A stretch of DNA of 64,000 bases from Alphaproteobacteria bacterium (GTDB lineage Bacteria; Pseudomonadota; Alphaproteobacteria; UBA7887): NCBI GenBank assembly GCA_965243325.1, contig CBDEUQ010000003.1:1059219-1123218 (forward strand), given 5' to 3'. The position numbers and the translations under genes were made by a program. The notes below the pieces were generated by a model. The model ran no database searches. It was not told where the DNA came from and saw only the letters and a list, made by a program, of their open reading frames with translations. Positions 35,384-45,088 of the stretch are shown piece by piece. How positions within the stretch are numbered: position 1 is the first letter of the stretch; every line of letters begins with the position of its first letter.

Positions 35384-38300
35384 TCAGGGGCGCAAGCTTA
35401 TGCGGATGCTCAGTTCCGGCGTCTGTTCCAGCAGCAACTGCCGCGCCACCGCGATCTCCCGGGTCTCGACGCGCGCCCGCGCCCGGCGCAGCTCCTCCTC
35501 TCCGGGGTCCCCGAGAGGCCGCCAGCAGCCGCGCCCGGTCAGCGCGCCGAGGGACAGCCGCCGCTCGCCGGCCGGGCCGCCGTCCGAACGCCATGCGACC
35601 TCGACCGTGCAGGGGTCGTCCATCCGCGCAGACGCCACCCCCCTGTCCACGAGCCGTCCCTCGAAATGCACGACTTCGGGCAGGACGTCGCGCCGCCGGC
35701 GCCGCGCCTGCCGCTCCCAGTATTCCTGATGAAGGAGTTCCGTCCAGCGCAGCAGGTCGTCCCGGAAGACCTCGCCCCTGCAGTCGAGCGGGAAGCCCGC
35801 CGTGGGCGCGCCGCGTTGCCGGTCGAGCTCCGCCTCCCTGAGACGGTCGTCGTCCCAGTCCGCGAGGCGCACCCCGCAGCCCGCGAGCGCCCGCGCGGGG
35901 ATGTCCTCCTCCATGCGTTCGGGCTCGTGGCCCGGCACCGAGGCGAGCCAGCGCAGCGTCACCCTGTCCTGCCCCAGCCGCCCGCCGCTCCACCCCGCGC
36001 GGACCACCAGCGCCTCGTTCTCCGGCCCGTCCCGGAAGCGCCGGAGACGGAGGCGGTCGCCCTCGACCAGCGGCTGGCCGCCCCGCCAGCGGCGCCCGAA
36101 GCGGTGTTCGGCGCCCGGATCGCGCAGCCGCGCCGCCGCCGCGCGCGTCATGTCGGCGATCCGCGCGCGGTCCGCCTCGGGAACGCGCCGGTCCCGCTCC
36201 GCGGCCGCGACCGCCTCCGCGATGCGTTCGAGGTCCGCCGGACGGCTCCGCCAGTGGCCCTCGTCGCGGAGGTCGCGGTCGTCGAGCGCAGAAAGCCCGT
36301 CCTCGACGAAGCGGCCGTTGGCGGCGCGCCAGTCGGCGGCGCCGGCCAGCAGCGTCAGCGGAACCTTCTCCTTCCTCGCCCTCGCTTCCAGCCGGCGCCG
36401 CCGGCTGGCGAGCATCGCCATGTCGCGCAGCAGCGCCTCGGCCCGCGCCCATTCCGCGGCGCGGGCGGCGTGCTCGTCGAGCGCCTCGCCGAGCCGGCGC
36501 CGGGCCGCCGCCTCCAGCGCGCGTTCCTTCGCCAGCCGCTCGGCCTCGGCGACCGCCTCGCCATGGCCGGGGTCGTGGAACGGCAGGATACCGAGCGCCG
36601 CGGCGGCGGCGCGCGTCTTCGTCAGCCTGGCGCTCACCGCGACGAAGCGGTCCAGCGGCCCGTGCGCCTCCAGCCGCTTCAGACCCGCCGCGATCCGCGC
36701 CCGCGCGTCCGGCGTCCGGTCGAGATGGATGCCGTACGTCTCCCCGTCGGCGAGGATCGCCTCGCCGGTGGTCCGCAGCGCGGCCGCCCGCTCCGACAGC
36801 GGGCCGTAGCCGGGAAGCTCGGCCATCGAGAGGTTCGGGTCGTCCTCCTCCCGCCGCCGGAGGTCCGCCTCGCGTTCCAGCGTCCGCCAGTCGCGCCGGT
36901 GCCGCCGCTCGTCGGCGAGAAAGCCGTCGACCGCGGCGCGCGCCTCGCGGCAGGCGCGGTCGTACTTCACGATACCCTCCGCCAGCGCGGCCGCGGCGGC
37001 GGGCAGCTCCGTCCGTTCGCCGAACGCCGCGGCTTTTGCGACGAACCCGGCCCAGCCCACGACATAGAACCACGCAACGCCCGCGGCCTTGGCCCGCTTC
37101 ACGATCTTCAGCCGCTCCGCCGCCAGGGCCGCCCACGCTTCGTCCCGGTCCCTGTAGTCGGCGAGCCGCCCGACGGCGGCCGATATGGCGGCATGCTCCG
37201 TCGCCAGCCGGTCGAGATGGGGTCGCCAGACGTCGGCCCCGTCGAGCATGGCCTGCCAGCGCCCGGCGGCCACTTCCGAGCGATCCGCCCAGTCCTGCCA
37301 CTCCTCCAGCGCGGTCGGCGGCCCGTCGCCGGCGCGCGCCTCGAGCCCGCCGTGTTCCGCGACCAGCCCGGCCGTCGCCTCGTGCAAGGCCGCGATGTCG
37401 TTCCGCCGCCGCTCGCAGGCCGCGGCCGCGGCGATGACCTCGTCGGCGGCCGCGCGCATGCCGGCCGGCAGCAGCCGGCATTGCAACAGCGCCCGGGCGG
37501 CGTCGACGAGTTCGCCGTGGCCGTCGGCGTAGAACGGGATCGTGCCGGCCTCCGCCGCCCTGCGGTCCACCGCCGCGCGGAGCGTCTCGAAGCGCAGGAC
37601 CGCATCGTCGAGGACGCCCAGGGCATCGAGGTCGTCGAGACGCCCGGCGAGCCGCGTCCCCGCCTCGCCGGCGCGCTCGCCCGCGTCCTCCAGCACGGCC
37701 CGGCCGTTCGCCGCGAGGCGTTCGGACATCTGGCGCCACGCGGGATAGTCCTCGAGCCCGGCAAGCGGCCCGTCCGGCGCCGCGCGGCGCTCCAGTTCCG
37801 CCCGCCGGCCGAAGTGGAGGTCGAGGAGGCCCAGGAACTCGGCCGCGCCGCCATCGCCTTCCCGGACATTGCGGTCGTAGGCCAGCAGTCCGTCCGCCAC
37901 TTCCCGGACCGCGGGGGCAAGGTCCGGATACCCGGCAACCAGCGCCCGCGTGCGCGCGATCAGCTCCGGGTACCCCTCCACCCGGAACAGGATCGTGCCC
38001 AGGGTCCGCGCCTTCTCCTCCAGCGCCGTCCAGTCGTCGCGAGGCGACCACGCGGGCGGCTGCGGCAAGATCGCCGCGACCTCCGCGTCCGGGCCGATGT
38101 CCTCGCCCGCCGCCTCCAGCGCCGTCGCCCGCTCGCCGGTATGCGCCTCCAGAACCTCCACCAGCTGCTCGCAGTTGTCGGTCAGCACCACCGCGCTGTC
38201 CCGCGCCCGGCTGATCTCGACATAGAACGTCGAGCGGTCGGTAAGCGCGCCCATGCTCGAATCCAGCACCGCGATCACGCCGTCCGCCGTGCTGCCCTGC

Positions 38301-40843
38301 GCGCCGTGCACCGTCGAGCTCCAGGCGTGGTCGAGGTGCCGGAGCTGCGGATCGTCGTGCGCGAGCGAGAGCTCCCGCCCGTCGTCCAGCAGGAGCCGCA
38401 CGCGGGTTCCGGTGATCGCCGTCACCTCCGCCCGCTCGCCGTTCACGAGGTCCCGCGTCCGGTCGTTGCGCGTCCAGCGGATGCGGTCGCCCGCGCGTAT
38501 CTCCATGGGCCGCGTCTCGTAGACCTCGATACGGTAGCGGGTGCGGCCCCGTTCCGGCGCGACATGGCGCGGCTTGCCGTCGGGGTGGCGCAGCAGCAGC
38601 CGGTCGCCCTCGATGCCGGCGATGGTCAGCGCGTCGTCTCTCTTTACCCGGTAGTTCACCATGTCCTGGTTGAACACCACCGTGTCGCCCTCGCGGTAGT
38701 TGCCGACGTCCGCCATCTCGGCGCGCGTCATGCCGAGCCCGACAAGGCGCCCGATGCGGAGCGTGCGGCCCCGCAGCGCGCCTTCCGCCGCCAGCGCCTC
38801 GCGCACCGCCGCGTTGATCTCCGCCCTCAGATCGTGCGTCTGCGCCACCAGCAGGGTCCGCGCGCGCGTGCCGGCGTCGAGCGCGAGCCAGGCCTCCGCC
38901 GCCTTCCGCCCCAGCTCGTCCCAGGGTACCTCGTGCACGCTGCTGCCGAGCAGCTCCACCGCCTCGCCCGGCTCGCCTTCCAGCACCGCCGCCACCGCCC
39001 CTCGCAGCTTCGGCTCGCGCTGGCGGAGGATCTCGTTCATCTCCGCCGTCGCCATGCCCGCCCGCTGGAGCAGCCGGAACGGTTGGCCCGCCTCCACGGC
39101 GCGCAGCTGGCCGCGGTCGCCGACCAGCACCAGGCGCGCCACCTCGAGCTCGTCGGCGATCCGCATCAGGCGCTTCATCTGGTCGGTCGAGACCATCGAC
39201 GCCTCGTCGAGTACCAGCACCGCGCCCCGGTAGCGCTCCCTCAGACGACCGATCGCGGGCCCGCCGCCTGCCCCGGACTCCGATCCGGGGTCCACCGACC
39301 GGCAGCGGGCGAGGAACCGTTGCAGGGTCTCGGCCGCCATGCCCGTCTCGCGCGCCAGCACCCGCGCCGCCGCGGTCGAGGGCGCGAGGCCGATGACGGC
39401 GCGATCCCCCGCGAGCCCGCGCACGTGGCGCAGCATCGTCGTCTTGCCGGTCCCGGCCCGGCCCTGCACGCCGACGACCCGGTCCGGCGTCAGCAGGATC
39501 GCACGCACCGCCTCCTCCTGACCCGCGGTGAGGCCGGCGTCCGCCAGACGCGCCGCGACCGCGTTCCCGGCGGCAAGCGCCACGCCGTTCCCGACGCCGG
39601 CCTTCATCGCGGCGATCACCGCGCGCTCCGCCTTCAGCGCCCGGTCGGTCACGAACGCTCGGGTCGCGCGTCCGGGCTTCGCCTCGACCAGATGCGCGTC
39701 CCGCACCAGGCACGAGATCGCGTCGCGTATCTCCCCGAGCGTGTGCCGCCCCGGAGAGTGGCCGAGCGCCAGGGCTTCCAGCTGGCCGGCCGCGAACACC
39801 GACTGCCGCTCCTCGAGATGCCGCATCGCCTGCCACGCGATCTTCAGCGCCGAGGGAACCGCCGGCGCCGGAGCCGGCCGACGTGCGCGGCGGACCGCCG
39901 GAACCTCTCCAAGCTCCCCGGCCCGGGCGGCCCAGATCGTCCGCAGCATCGCGTGCAGCGGCTCCGCCTTGCGCTTGCGCGTCGCCAGCGCCGCGATCTG
40001 CGCCGCCGCCTGCCCATGGTCCCAGCCCCGCTCGTCCATGTACGCTTCCATCTGCTTCCTGCGGGTCGAGAAGGCGTCCCGGATCCGCCGGTCGTAGCCC
40101 GCGATCTCGAAGCTCCGCAGGCGCCCCGCCATCTCCGGCACGATAGAATAGCCCCTGCCGATCAGGCGCCGCGCCAGCTGGTCCCGGTAGTACGCCCCGA
40201 TCAGCGTTGCGTTCCGGTGCAGGCCGGTCGGCTCGATGCTCTTCCAGCGGCCCCCGCCGTCGCGCGTCATGTTCGCGACCACCGCGTGCGTGTGCAGCTG
40301 CGGGTCGAGATTGCGGCTCGCGATGTGCCGGAACAGCGCCGCCGCCATGCCGTGCGCCCTGACGCGCGGGCGCCGGCCCGTCGCAGGGTCGTAGCCCCGC
40401 GTCTGCAGAAGCGTCTCCTCGATCCAGTCGAGCGTCGCCTTCACCGCCTCGTCGTGGCAGTGCAATACGCCCCGGTCGCCGCGGGGATGCTTCCCAGTCG
40501 GCAGGAGCGCCGCCAGCGATACGGACTTCGGGGCCGAGAACGTGATGTCGAAACCGGGCCGGTGCTCGTGCTTCCCGTCGCGCCGGCGCCCCAGCCGGAT
40601 GTCCGTCCCCGGCACGTGGCCCTGAAGGATCGCCTCGAACGTCGCTGCCGAAACCTTAGCCCCCGCCTCCAGTCCGAGTGCCGCCGCGCCCCGGCCGTGC
40701 CAGGCGCTCGCCTGACGGTGCTCCGCCGCCTTCGCGCGCGCCGCCTCGCGGTCGCCCCCGGCCGCAACGTAGTAGCCGCCCTCATGCCGGAAATACTCCG
40801 CCGTCGAAGACGACGACGTCAGATTGCGAACCTTCGCCACCAT
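35384..40843 (-). CDS. MOBF (TrwC/TraI-like) relaxase-helicase with long repeated C-terminal extension
   Basis: YFRHEGGYY, DITFSAPKSVS, DPQLHTHAVVAN (HUH), GRAGTGKT, LVLDEASM, TVHGAQGST. Confidence 0.95.
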   Translation of the reverse strand: MVAKVRNLTSSSSTAEYFRHEGGYYVAAGGDREAARAKAAEHRQASAWHGRGAAALGLEAGAKVSAATFEAILQGHVPGTDIRLGRRRDGKHEHRPGFDITFSAPKSVSLAALLPTGKHPRGDRGVLHCHDEAVKATLDWIEETLLQTRGYDPATGRRPRVRAHGMAAALFRHIASRNLDPQLHTHAVVANMTRDGGGRWKSIEPTGLHRNATLIGAYYRDQLARRLIGRGYSIVPEMAGRLRSFEIAGYDRRIRDAFSTRRKQMEAYMDERGWDHGQAAAQIAALATRKRKAEPLHAMLRTIWAARAGELGEVPAVRRARRPAPAPAVPSALKIAWQAMRHLEERQSVFAAGQLEALALGHSPGRHTLGEIRDAISCLVRDAHLVEAKPGRATRAFVTDRALKAERAVIAAMKAGVGNGVALAAGNAVAARLADAGLTAGQEEAVRAILLTPDRVVGVQGRAGTGKTTMLRHVRGLAGDRAVIGLAPSTAAARVLARETGMAAETLQRFLARCRSVDPGSESGAGGGPAIGRLRERYRGAVLVLDEASMVSTDQMKRLMRIADELEVARLVLVGDRGQLRAVEAGQPFRLLQRAGMATAEMNEILRQREPKLRGAVAAVLEGEPGEAVELLGSSVHEVPWDELGRKAAEAWLALDAGTRARTLLVAQTHDLRAEINAAVREALAAEGALRGRTLRIGRLVGLGMTRAEMADVGNYREGDTVVFNQDMVNYRVKRDDALTIAGIEGDRLLLRHPDGKPRHVAPERGRTRYRIEVYETRPMEIRAGDRIRWTRNDRTRDLVNGERAEVTAITGTRVRLLLDDGRELSLAHDDPQLRHLDHAWSSTVHGAQGSTADGVIAVLDSSMGALTDRSTFYVEISRARDSAVVLTDNCEQLVEVLEAHTGERATALEAAGEDIGPDAEVAAILPQPPAWSPRDDWTALEEKARTLGTILFRVEGYPELIARTRALVAGYPDLAPAVREVADGLLAYDRNVREGDGGAAEFLGLLDLHFGRRAELERRAAPDGPLAGLEDYPAWRQMSERLAANGRAVLEDAGERAGEAGTRLAGRLDDLDALGVLDDAVLRFETLRAAVDRRAAEAGTIPFYADGHGELVDAARALLQCRLLPAGMRAAADEVIAAAAACERRRNDIAALHEATAGLVAEHGGLEARAGDGPPTALEEWQDWADRSEVAAGRWQAMLDGADVWRPHLDRLATEHAAISAAVGRLADYRDRDEAWAALAAERLKIVKRAKAAGVAWFYVVGWAGFVAKAAAFGERTELPAAAAALAEGIVKYDRACREARAAVDGFLADERRHRRDWRTLEREADLRRREEDDPNLSMAELPGYGPLSERAAALRTTGEAILADGETYGIHLDRTPDARARIAAGLKRLEAHGPLDRFVAVSARLTKTRAAAAALGILPFHDPGHGEAVAEAERLAKERALEAAARRRLGEALDEHAARAAEWARAEALLRDMAMLASRRRRLEARARKEKVPLTLLAGAADWRAANGRFVEDGLSALDDRDLRDEGHWRSRPADLERIAEAVAAAERDRRVPEADRARIADMTRAAAARLRDPGAEHRFGRRWRGGQPLVEGDRLRLRRFRDGPENEALVVRAGWSGGRLGQDRVTLRWLASVPGHEPERMEEDIPARALAGCGVRLADWDDDRLREAELDRQRGAPTAGFPLDCRGEVFRDDLLRWTELLHQEYWERQARRRRRDVLPEVVHFEGRLVDRGVASARMDDPCTVEVAWRSDGGPAGERRLSLGALTGRGCWRPLGDPGEEELRRARARVETREIAVARQLLLEQTPELSIRISLRP

Positions 40844-41622
40844 CGCCAGACACCATAGGCCACGCCGGGCGGCCGTCGACGTCGACGGCGGCGAAACGGC
40901 CTCGATCCGTCGGGCCGTTCTCCCGGCGTGACCGGGCTGCGGACGGTGGGCGTCCCGCCGGCATGGCGCCGGCGGGACGCCCGAAAGAGCGGCCTGTCAG
41001 CCCCTCTGGCGGCGGTCGTGAAAGATGCCCGTCGCGATGTCGCCCCAGATCTGTCTGCCGCTCCGGGTGCGCCGCCCCGTGCCGCCCAGGCCCGTGCAGA
41101 CGATGATCTCCGTGCGCGCCGGGCGCAGCGCCTCGACCTCCGCGCGCGAGGCAACCGTGCGATCCTTCTTGCACTGACTTCGTGTCTTCTGTCCCTCGGG
41201 AGGGACGGGGCGGATGTCGCCGCAGATCGAGGCCTTGAAGCGCTCGACCACGAAGCGGTCTTCGCCGTCGAGGCCGTTGCCGAAATTGTGAACGAGGTAC
41301 GTCGGGGTGCCGCCCCGCAACGCTACGATGCTCCGCATGATGATGTCTCCGTCGTGCCGGTGGTCAGGAACGGCGGCAGCGCGTCTCCCCCGCGCCCGCC
41401 GCCGCCCGGACCCCAGCCGGCCTCCGACTCCTTCGCCGGCGCATCGCGCGGCGGCGAACGACCGGGCGGCGGCGAGAGTGCGACTGACCCGTTGGACGGG
41501 TAGGATCAGGGATCGGGCGCGGGTTCGATCGGCGATTCCGGTATGGCGGTCACGGTGGAAAGGGGCGGCGGGGACTTGCGGGTCACGCCCGGCGTCGTCA
41601 GCGGGAACAGGGGAGCGAGCGA

Positions 41623-41904
41623 GTGAAGAAGGCAGAGATCGTCGAGTGCGTGGCGGACGAGGCGGGTATCGCGAAACAGGCGGCCCGGGACGCCGTGGGC
41701 ACCGTGGGCGCCGTCTTCGACGCCATCGCGGAGGCGCTGGCGCGGGGCGAGGACATTTCCGTCATCGGGTTCGGCGGATTCTCGAGGACCGACCGGCCGG
41801 CCCGCGAGGGGCGTAACCCGCGTGCCGGCGAACGCATCGCTATCGGCCCGTCGTCCAGGGTATCGTTCAAGGTGGGCAAGCCGCTGAAGGACGCGCTGAG
41901 CTGA
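41623..41904 (+). CDS. HU-family DNA-binding protein
   Basis: MKKAEIV..GFGGFS..REGRNPRAGERIAI..SFKVGKPLKDAL. Confidence 0.9.
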   Translation: MKKAEIVECVADEAGIAKQAARDAVGTVGAVFDAIAEALARGEDISVIGFGGFSRTDRPAREGRNPRAGERIAIGPSSRVSFKVGKPLKDALS

Positions 41905-42235
41905 TGAAGGCCGGCGGGCCGTTGACGGCCCAAGCACTCTGACGCCCCCGTTACCGCGTTGATGTTCGTGTCCAACGTAACGGACAGGTAGCCCGTCACA
42001 GACCACGACCTCTGCCGACGGATCCGCACCAGGAAGCCGAGCGCGTTCTCCCGCACCTCGGGCAGCAGGTCGTCCACCGCGAGAGCCTCGCGGACCCGCG
42101 GCCTGCCAGAAATCCGCGACAGACGACGACACTGATAGCTGGAGTGTTGCTATAGCCAGCTACGGTACCATGATGGCAATTCCTCGCGTCAACTCTGAGC
42201 AGTCGAATATTTCTCGCCGGGAGGGAGTTGACGCA

Positions 42236-44782
42236 GTGCGACAGGCTTGGGGCAAGTTCGACGGAAAGAGCGGCGAGACGCACCCGCTCGCCCATCACTG
42301 CATGGACGTGGCGGCCGTGTTCGCGGCGATGCTTCGACTCCCGGTGGTCCGCAACCGGCTGGAAACGGCCGCCGAGGCGCGCCTCGGGGATACTCTGTGC
42401 CAGAGGCTTGCCGCACTCGTTTTCCTGCACGATGTCGGGAAACTCCACCCGGCGTTTCAGGCCAAAGGCTGGTCGCGCGAATTGTCGCGCCGGCCGGTGG
42501 GCGGACATTTGCGAGAGAGCTGGGAGTTTCTGTTACTGGCAGCCAAGCAGTCCGATCATCCTTTTCATGAGACGATGCAACAGATAATGACGTGGGGAGA
42601 GGCGGTCGGACCGCTCTTCTCGGCGGCCATAGCGCACCACGGCCGCCCTGTGGAGGCGGTGTCGAATCCGACGATGGGCGTATGGGATTCGCCCGAGACC
42701 CCGCACTACGACTGGCGGGCCGAAGCGCGGACGATGAGCGATGTCATGCGCCGCTGGTTCGCCCCCGCGTTCGAACTGGAAAGAACGCCGTTGCCGAACA
42801 GCCCCTTGTTCCACCACGCGGTAACCGGGTTGGCCGCATTGGCAGACTGGATCGGTTCGGATACGAGGTTCTTTCCGTACAGCGCTCCCTTCGATTTGGA
42901 ATACGAGGTCAAGTCGCGCCGCGCCGCCGAACCGGCGCTGAAAGCGATCGGCTTCGACAGCCGACACATCGCCGCGCGACCGGCACCGCATTTCGGGGAG
43001 TTGACGGATTTTCCGAAGCCAAGGCCGACGCAAGCCGCGGTCGGGGCTTGCGAACCGGATGCCCGCTTGGTGATTCTCGAAGCGGAGACGGGCTCCGGAA
43101 AGACGGAAGCAGCGCTGTGGCGTTTCACCCGGCTCTTCGCTGCGAGCAGGGTGTCCAGCCTCTATTTCGCGGTGCCGACGCGTGCCGCCGCCAAACAGCT
43201 TCACGGCCGCGTCGACCGCGCTCTGCGCCGGGCGTTGGGAGCGGACGCGCCCGAAGCCGTCTTGGCGATTCCCGGCGTCCTGCGCGCGGGAGAGTTCGAG
43301 GGACAGCGCCTGCCGGACTGGCGGGTGAGGTGGGACGACGATGCGCAATCCGCCCCCAAGCGGTGGGCAGCCGAGCACGCGACGCGCTTTCTCGCCGCGA
43401 CCGTGGCCGTCGGCACGGTCGATCAGGCGATGCTTGCGGGACTTCAGGTGAAGCACGCGCACCTTCGGGGCAGCGCGCTCGGCCGAAGCCTGCTGGTGAT
43501 CGACGAGGTTCATGCATCCGACGCGTACATGACGGAGGTTCTTCGACGTCTTCTAGATCAGCACCTGAAGATCGGGGGGTATGCGATGCTGATGTCGGCG
43601 ACGCTGGGCGCGAGGGCGCGCGTTCGGTGGACCGGGGAGGCATTGCCCGAATTCGAGACCGCGCGCGCCGCGCCCTATCCGGCGGTGTGGGTGGCAGATG
43701 CAAACGAGCCGCGGGCTCCGGGCGAGGCCGGGCGGCCGAAGGAGGTGCACATCGGCGCCGAGTCGACGATGGACCCGGCCAGCGCGGCTCGTCGCGCCAT
43801 CGTGGCGGCGGAGCGGGGCGCGCGGGTGCTGGTGATTCGCAACACCGTGACCAAGGCCGTCGAGACGTGGCGCGCGGTCGAGGAATTCGGCGCCGAACGT
43901 CTGCTTATGCAGGTGGCCGCGGGACCGGCGCTGCACCACGGCCGTTTCGCGGTGGAGGACCGCGTCCTGCTCGAAAACGCAGTTGAAGACGCGCTCGCGG
44001 CCGACCGCACGCGGGAGGCGGGTGGTTGCATCGTCGTCGGCACACAGACGCTGGAGCAATCTCTCGATATCGACGCCGATTTCCTGATCTCCGATCTTTG
44101 CCCGGTGGACGTGCTGTTGCAGCGCATCGGACGCCTCCACCGGCACCGCCTCCCTCGTCCCGAAGGCTTCGAGACCGCCCGCGTATCGGTGATGCTGCCG
44201 GAAGACGGGCTGGACCGCCTTGCCGCTCCGGCGTTCGAGAATGGGCTGGGCGGATGGGACTCGAAGGACGGCTTCAACGGGATCTATCGCGACCTGGCCG
44301 GCCTGGAACTGACTCGACGACTGATCGACGAACGCTCCATCTGGCGAATACCGGAGATGAACCGTGAGCTGGTGGAAGGCGCCACGCATCCCGAACGAAT
44401 CGCCGACGTGCTCAAGGCCAAAGGGCCGAGGTGGCAGGAGTACGACCGACGTCACGGCGGCACGGAGGCGGCCGCCCGGATGGTTGCCGGGCTCATAGTC
44501 CTGGATCGCACCCATCGACTCGAAACGCTGAGGTTCCCGAACTCCGACGAGAGAATCATGACGCGGCTCGGCGAAGAGGGCGCTATTCTGTCGCTTGCAT
44601 CTCGACCCGCCGGCCCGTTCGGCTCTCCGGTAACTCGCATCGCGTTGCCCGCGCGCTGGAGTCGGGGTATCGACGACCGGACGGAACCGGCGGTCGAACG
44701 TGAGGACAGCGGCTTCCGCCTGTCGGTCGGGGACTGGCGATTTCGGTACTCGCGCGAAGGGCTTGCCCGGTTGCCGCGTTGA
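42236..44782 (+). CDS. cas3: Type I-E helicase-nuclease Cas3
   Basis: HPLAHH..LHDVGK HD domain, AETGSGKT, DEVH, GTQTLEQSLDID, QRIGRLHRH; GTG after GGAGGGAG. Confidence 0.96.
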   Translation: MRQAWGKFDGKSGETHPLAHHCMDVAAVFAAMLRLPVVRNRLETAAEARLGDTLCQRLAALVFLHDVGKLHPAFQAKGWSRELSRRPVGGHLRESWEFLLLAAKQSDHPFHETMQQIMTWGEAVGPLFSAAIAHHGRPVEAVSNPTMGVWDSPETPHYDWRAEARTMSDVMRRWFAPAFELERTPLPNSPLFHHAVTGLAALADWIGSDTRFFPYSAPFDLEYEVKSRRAAEPALKAIGFDSRHIAARPAPHFGELTDFPKPRPTQAAVGACEPDARLVILEAETGSGKTEAALWRFTRLFAASRVSSLYFAVPTRAAAKQLHGRVDRALRRALGADAPEAVLAIPGVLRAGEFEGQRLPDWRVRWDDDAQSAPKRWAAEHATRFLAATVAVGTVDQAMLAGLQVKHAHLRGSALGRSLLVIDEVHASDAYMTEVLRRLLDQHLKIGGYAMLMSATLGARARVRWTGEALPEFETARAAPYPAVWVADANEPRAPGEAGRPKEVHIGAESTMDPASAARRAIVAAERGARVLVIRNTVTKAVETWRAVEEFGAERLLMQVAAGPALHHGRFAVEDRVLLENAVEDALAADRTREAGGCIVVGTQTLEQSLDIDADFLISDLCPVDVLLQRIGRLHRHRLPRPEGFETARVSVMLPEDGLDRLAAPAFENGLGGWDSKDGFNGIYRDLAGLELTRRLIDERSIWRIPEMNRELVEGATHPERIADVLKAKGPRWQEYDRRHGGTEAAARMVAGLIVLDRTHRLETLRFPNSDERIMTRLGEEGAILSLASRPAGPFGSPVTRIALPARWSRGIDDRTEPAVEREDSGFRLSVGDWRFRYSREGLARLPR

Positions 44783-44789
44783 TTCGGTA

Positions 44790-44817
44790 TTGACGGCCCC
44801 GTCCGGAAGAATATTAA
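44790..44817 (+). promoter_or_regulatory. Predicted promoter of the cse1-cas2 operon
   Basis: TTGACG-16 bp-TATTAA just after cas3 stop in a low-GC intergenic region. Confidence 0.6.
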
Positions 44818-44980
44818 ACGGTGTAATTAGTGCGGGTGAGTGCGCTATTTCTTTTGCGATGCGGGTGAATGCCATGCGGTTCGGATTGAGTTGCGACCTT
44901 CAGTTCGTCAAGCGTTTGGGCGGATGGATCGGTGGCAGCCGCCTGACCTGTGCGGTGACTTTGTCTGTGGACTCCGCTCA

Positions 44981-45074
44981 CGATTCCCGAAAACGGCTTC
45001 GGGATAGACCAGGCGTGATTAGTGCGATGCGGGCATGTCCAACGGATTCCCCATACCACCATGGGGTTGTTGAG
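44981..45074 (+). ncRNA. Degenerate one-spacer mini-CRISPR array (putative Cas-regulating crRNA-like RNA)
   Basis: psi-repeat 1 CGATT-CCCGAA-N6-TTCGGG-ATAGACCA; 32-nt spacer 45012-45043; psi-repeat 2 GGATT-CCCCAT-N6-ATGGGG; spacer matches 44820-44834. Confidence 0.8.
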
Positions 45075-45088
45075 AAGGGAAATTGTCG

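Noticed and set aside
34673-40858. 2061-aa and 1515-aa ORFs overlapping the relaxase, and similar giant antisense ORFs (5833..9381, 5919..6009 extension, 9146..10501 extension)
   Set aside because: Shadow frames of high-GC genes with no motifs
40997-41380. Minus-strand ORF with coding-like GC3 bias upstream of the relaxase
   Set aside because: No recognisable motif or clear start; probably a fragment, too weak to call
41910-42115. Minus-strand ORF fragment between HU and cas3
   Set aside because: No family recognised, no start or RBS; overlaps HU antisense
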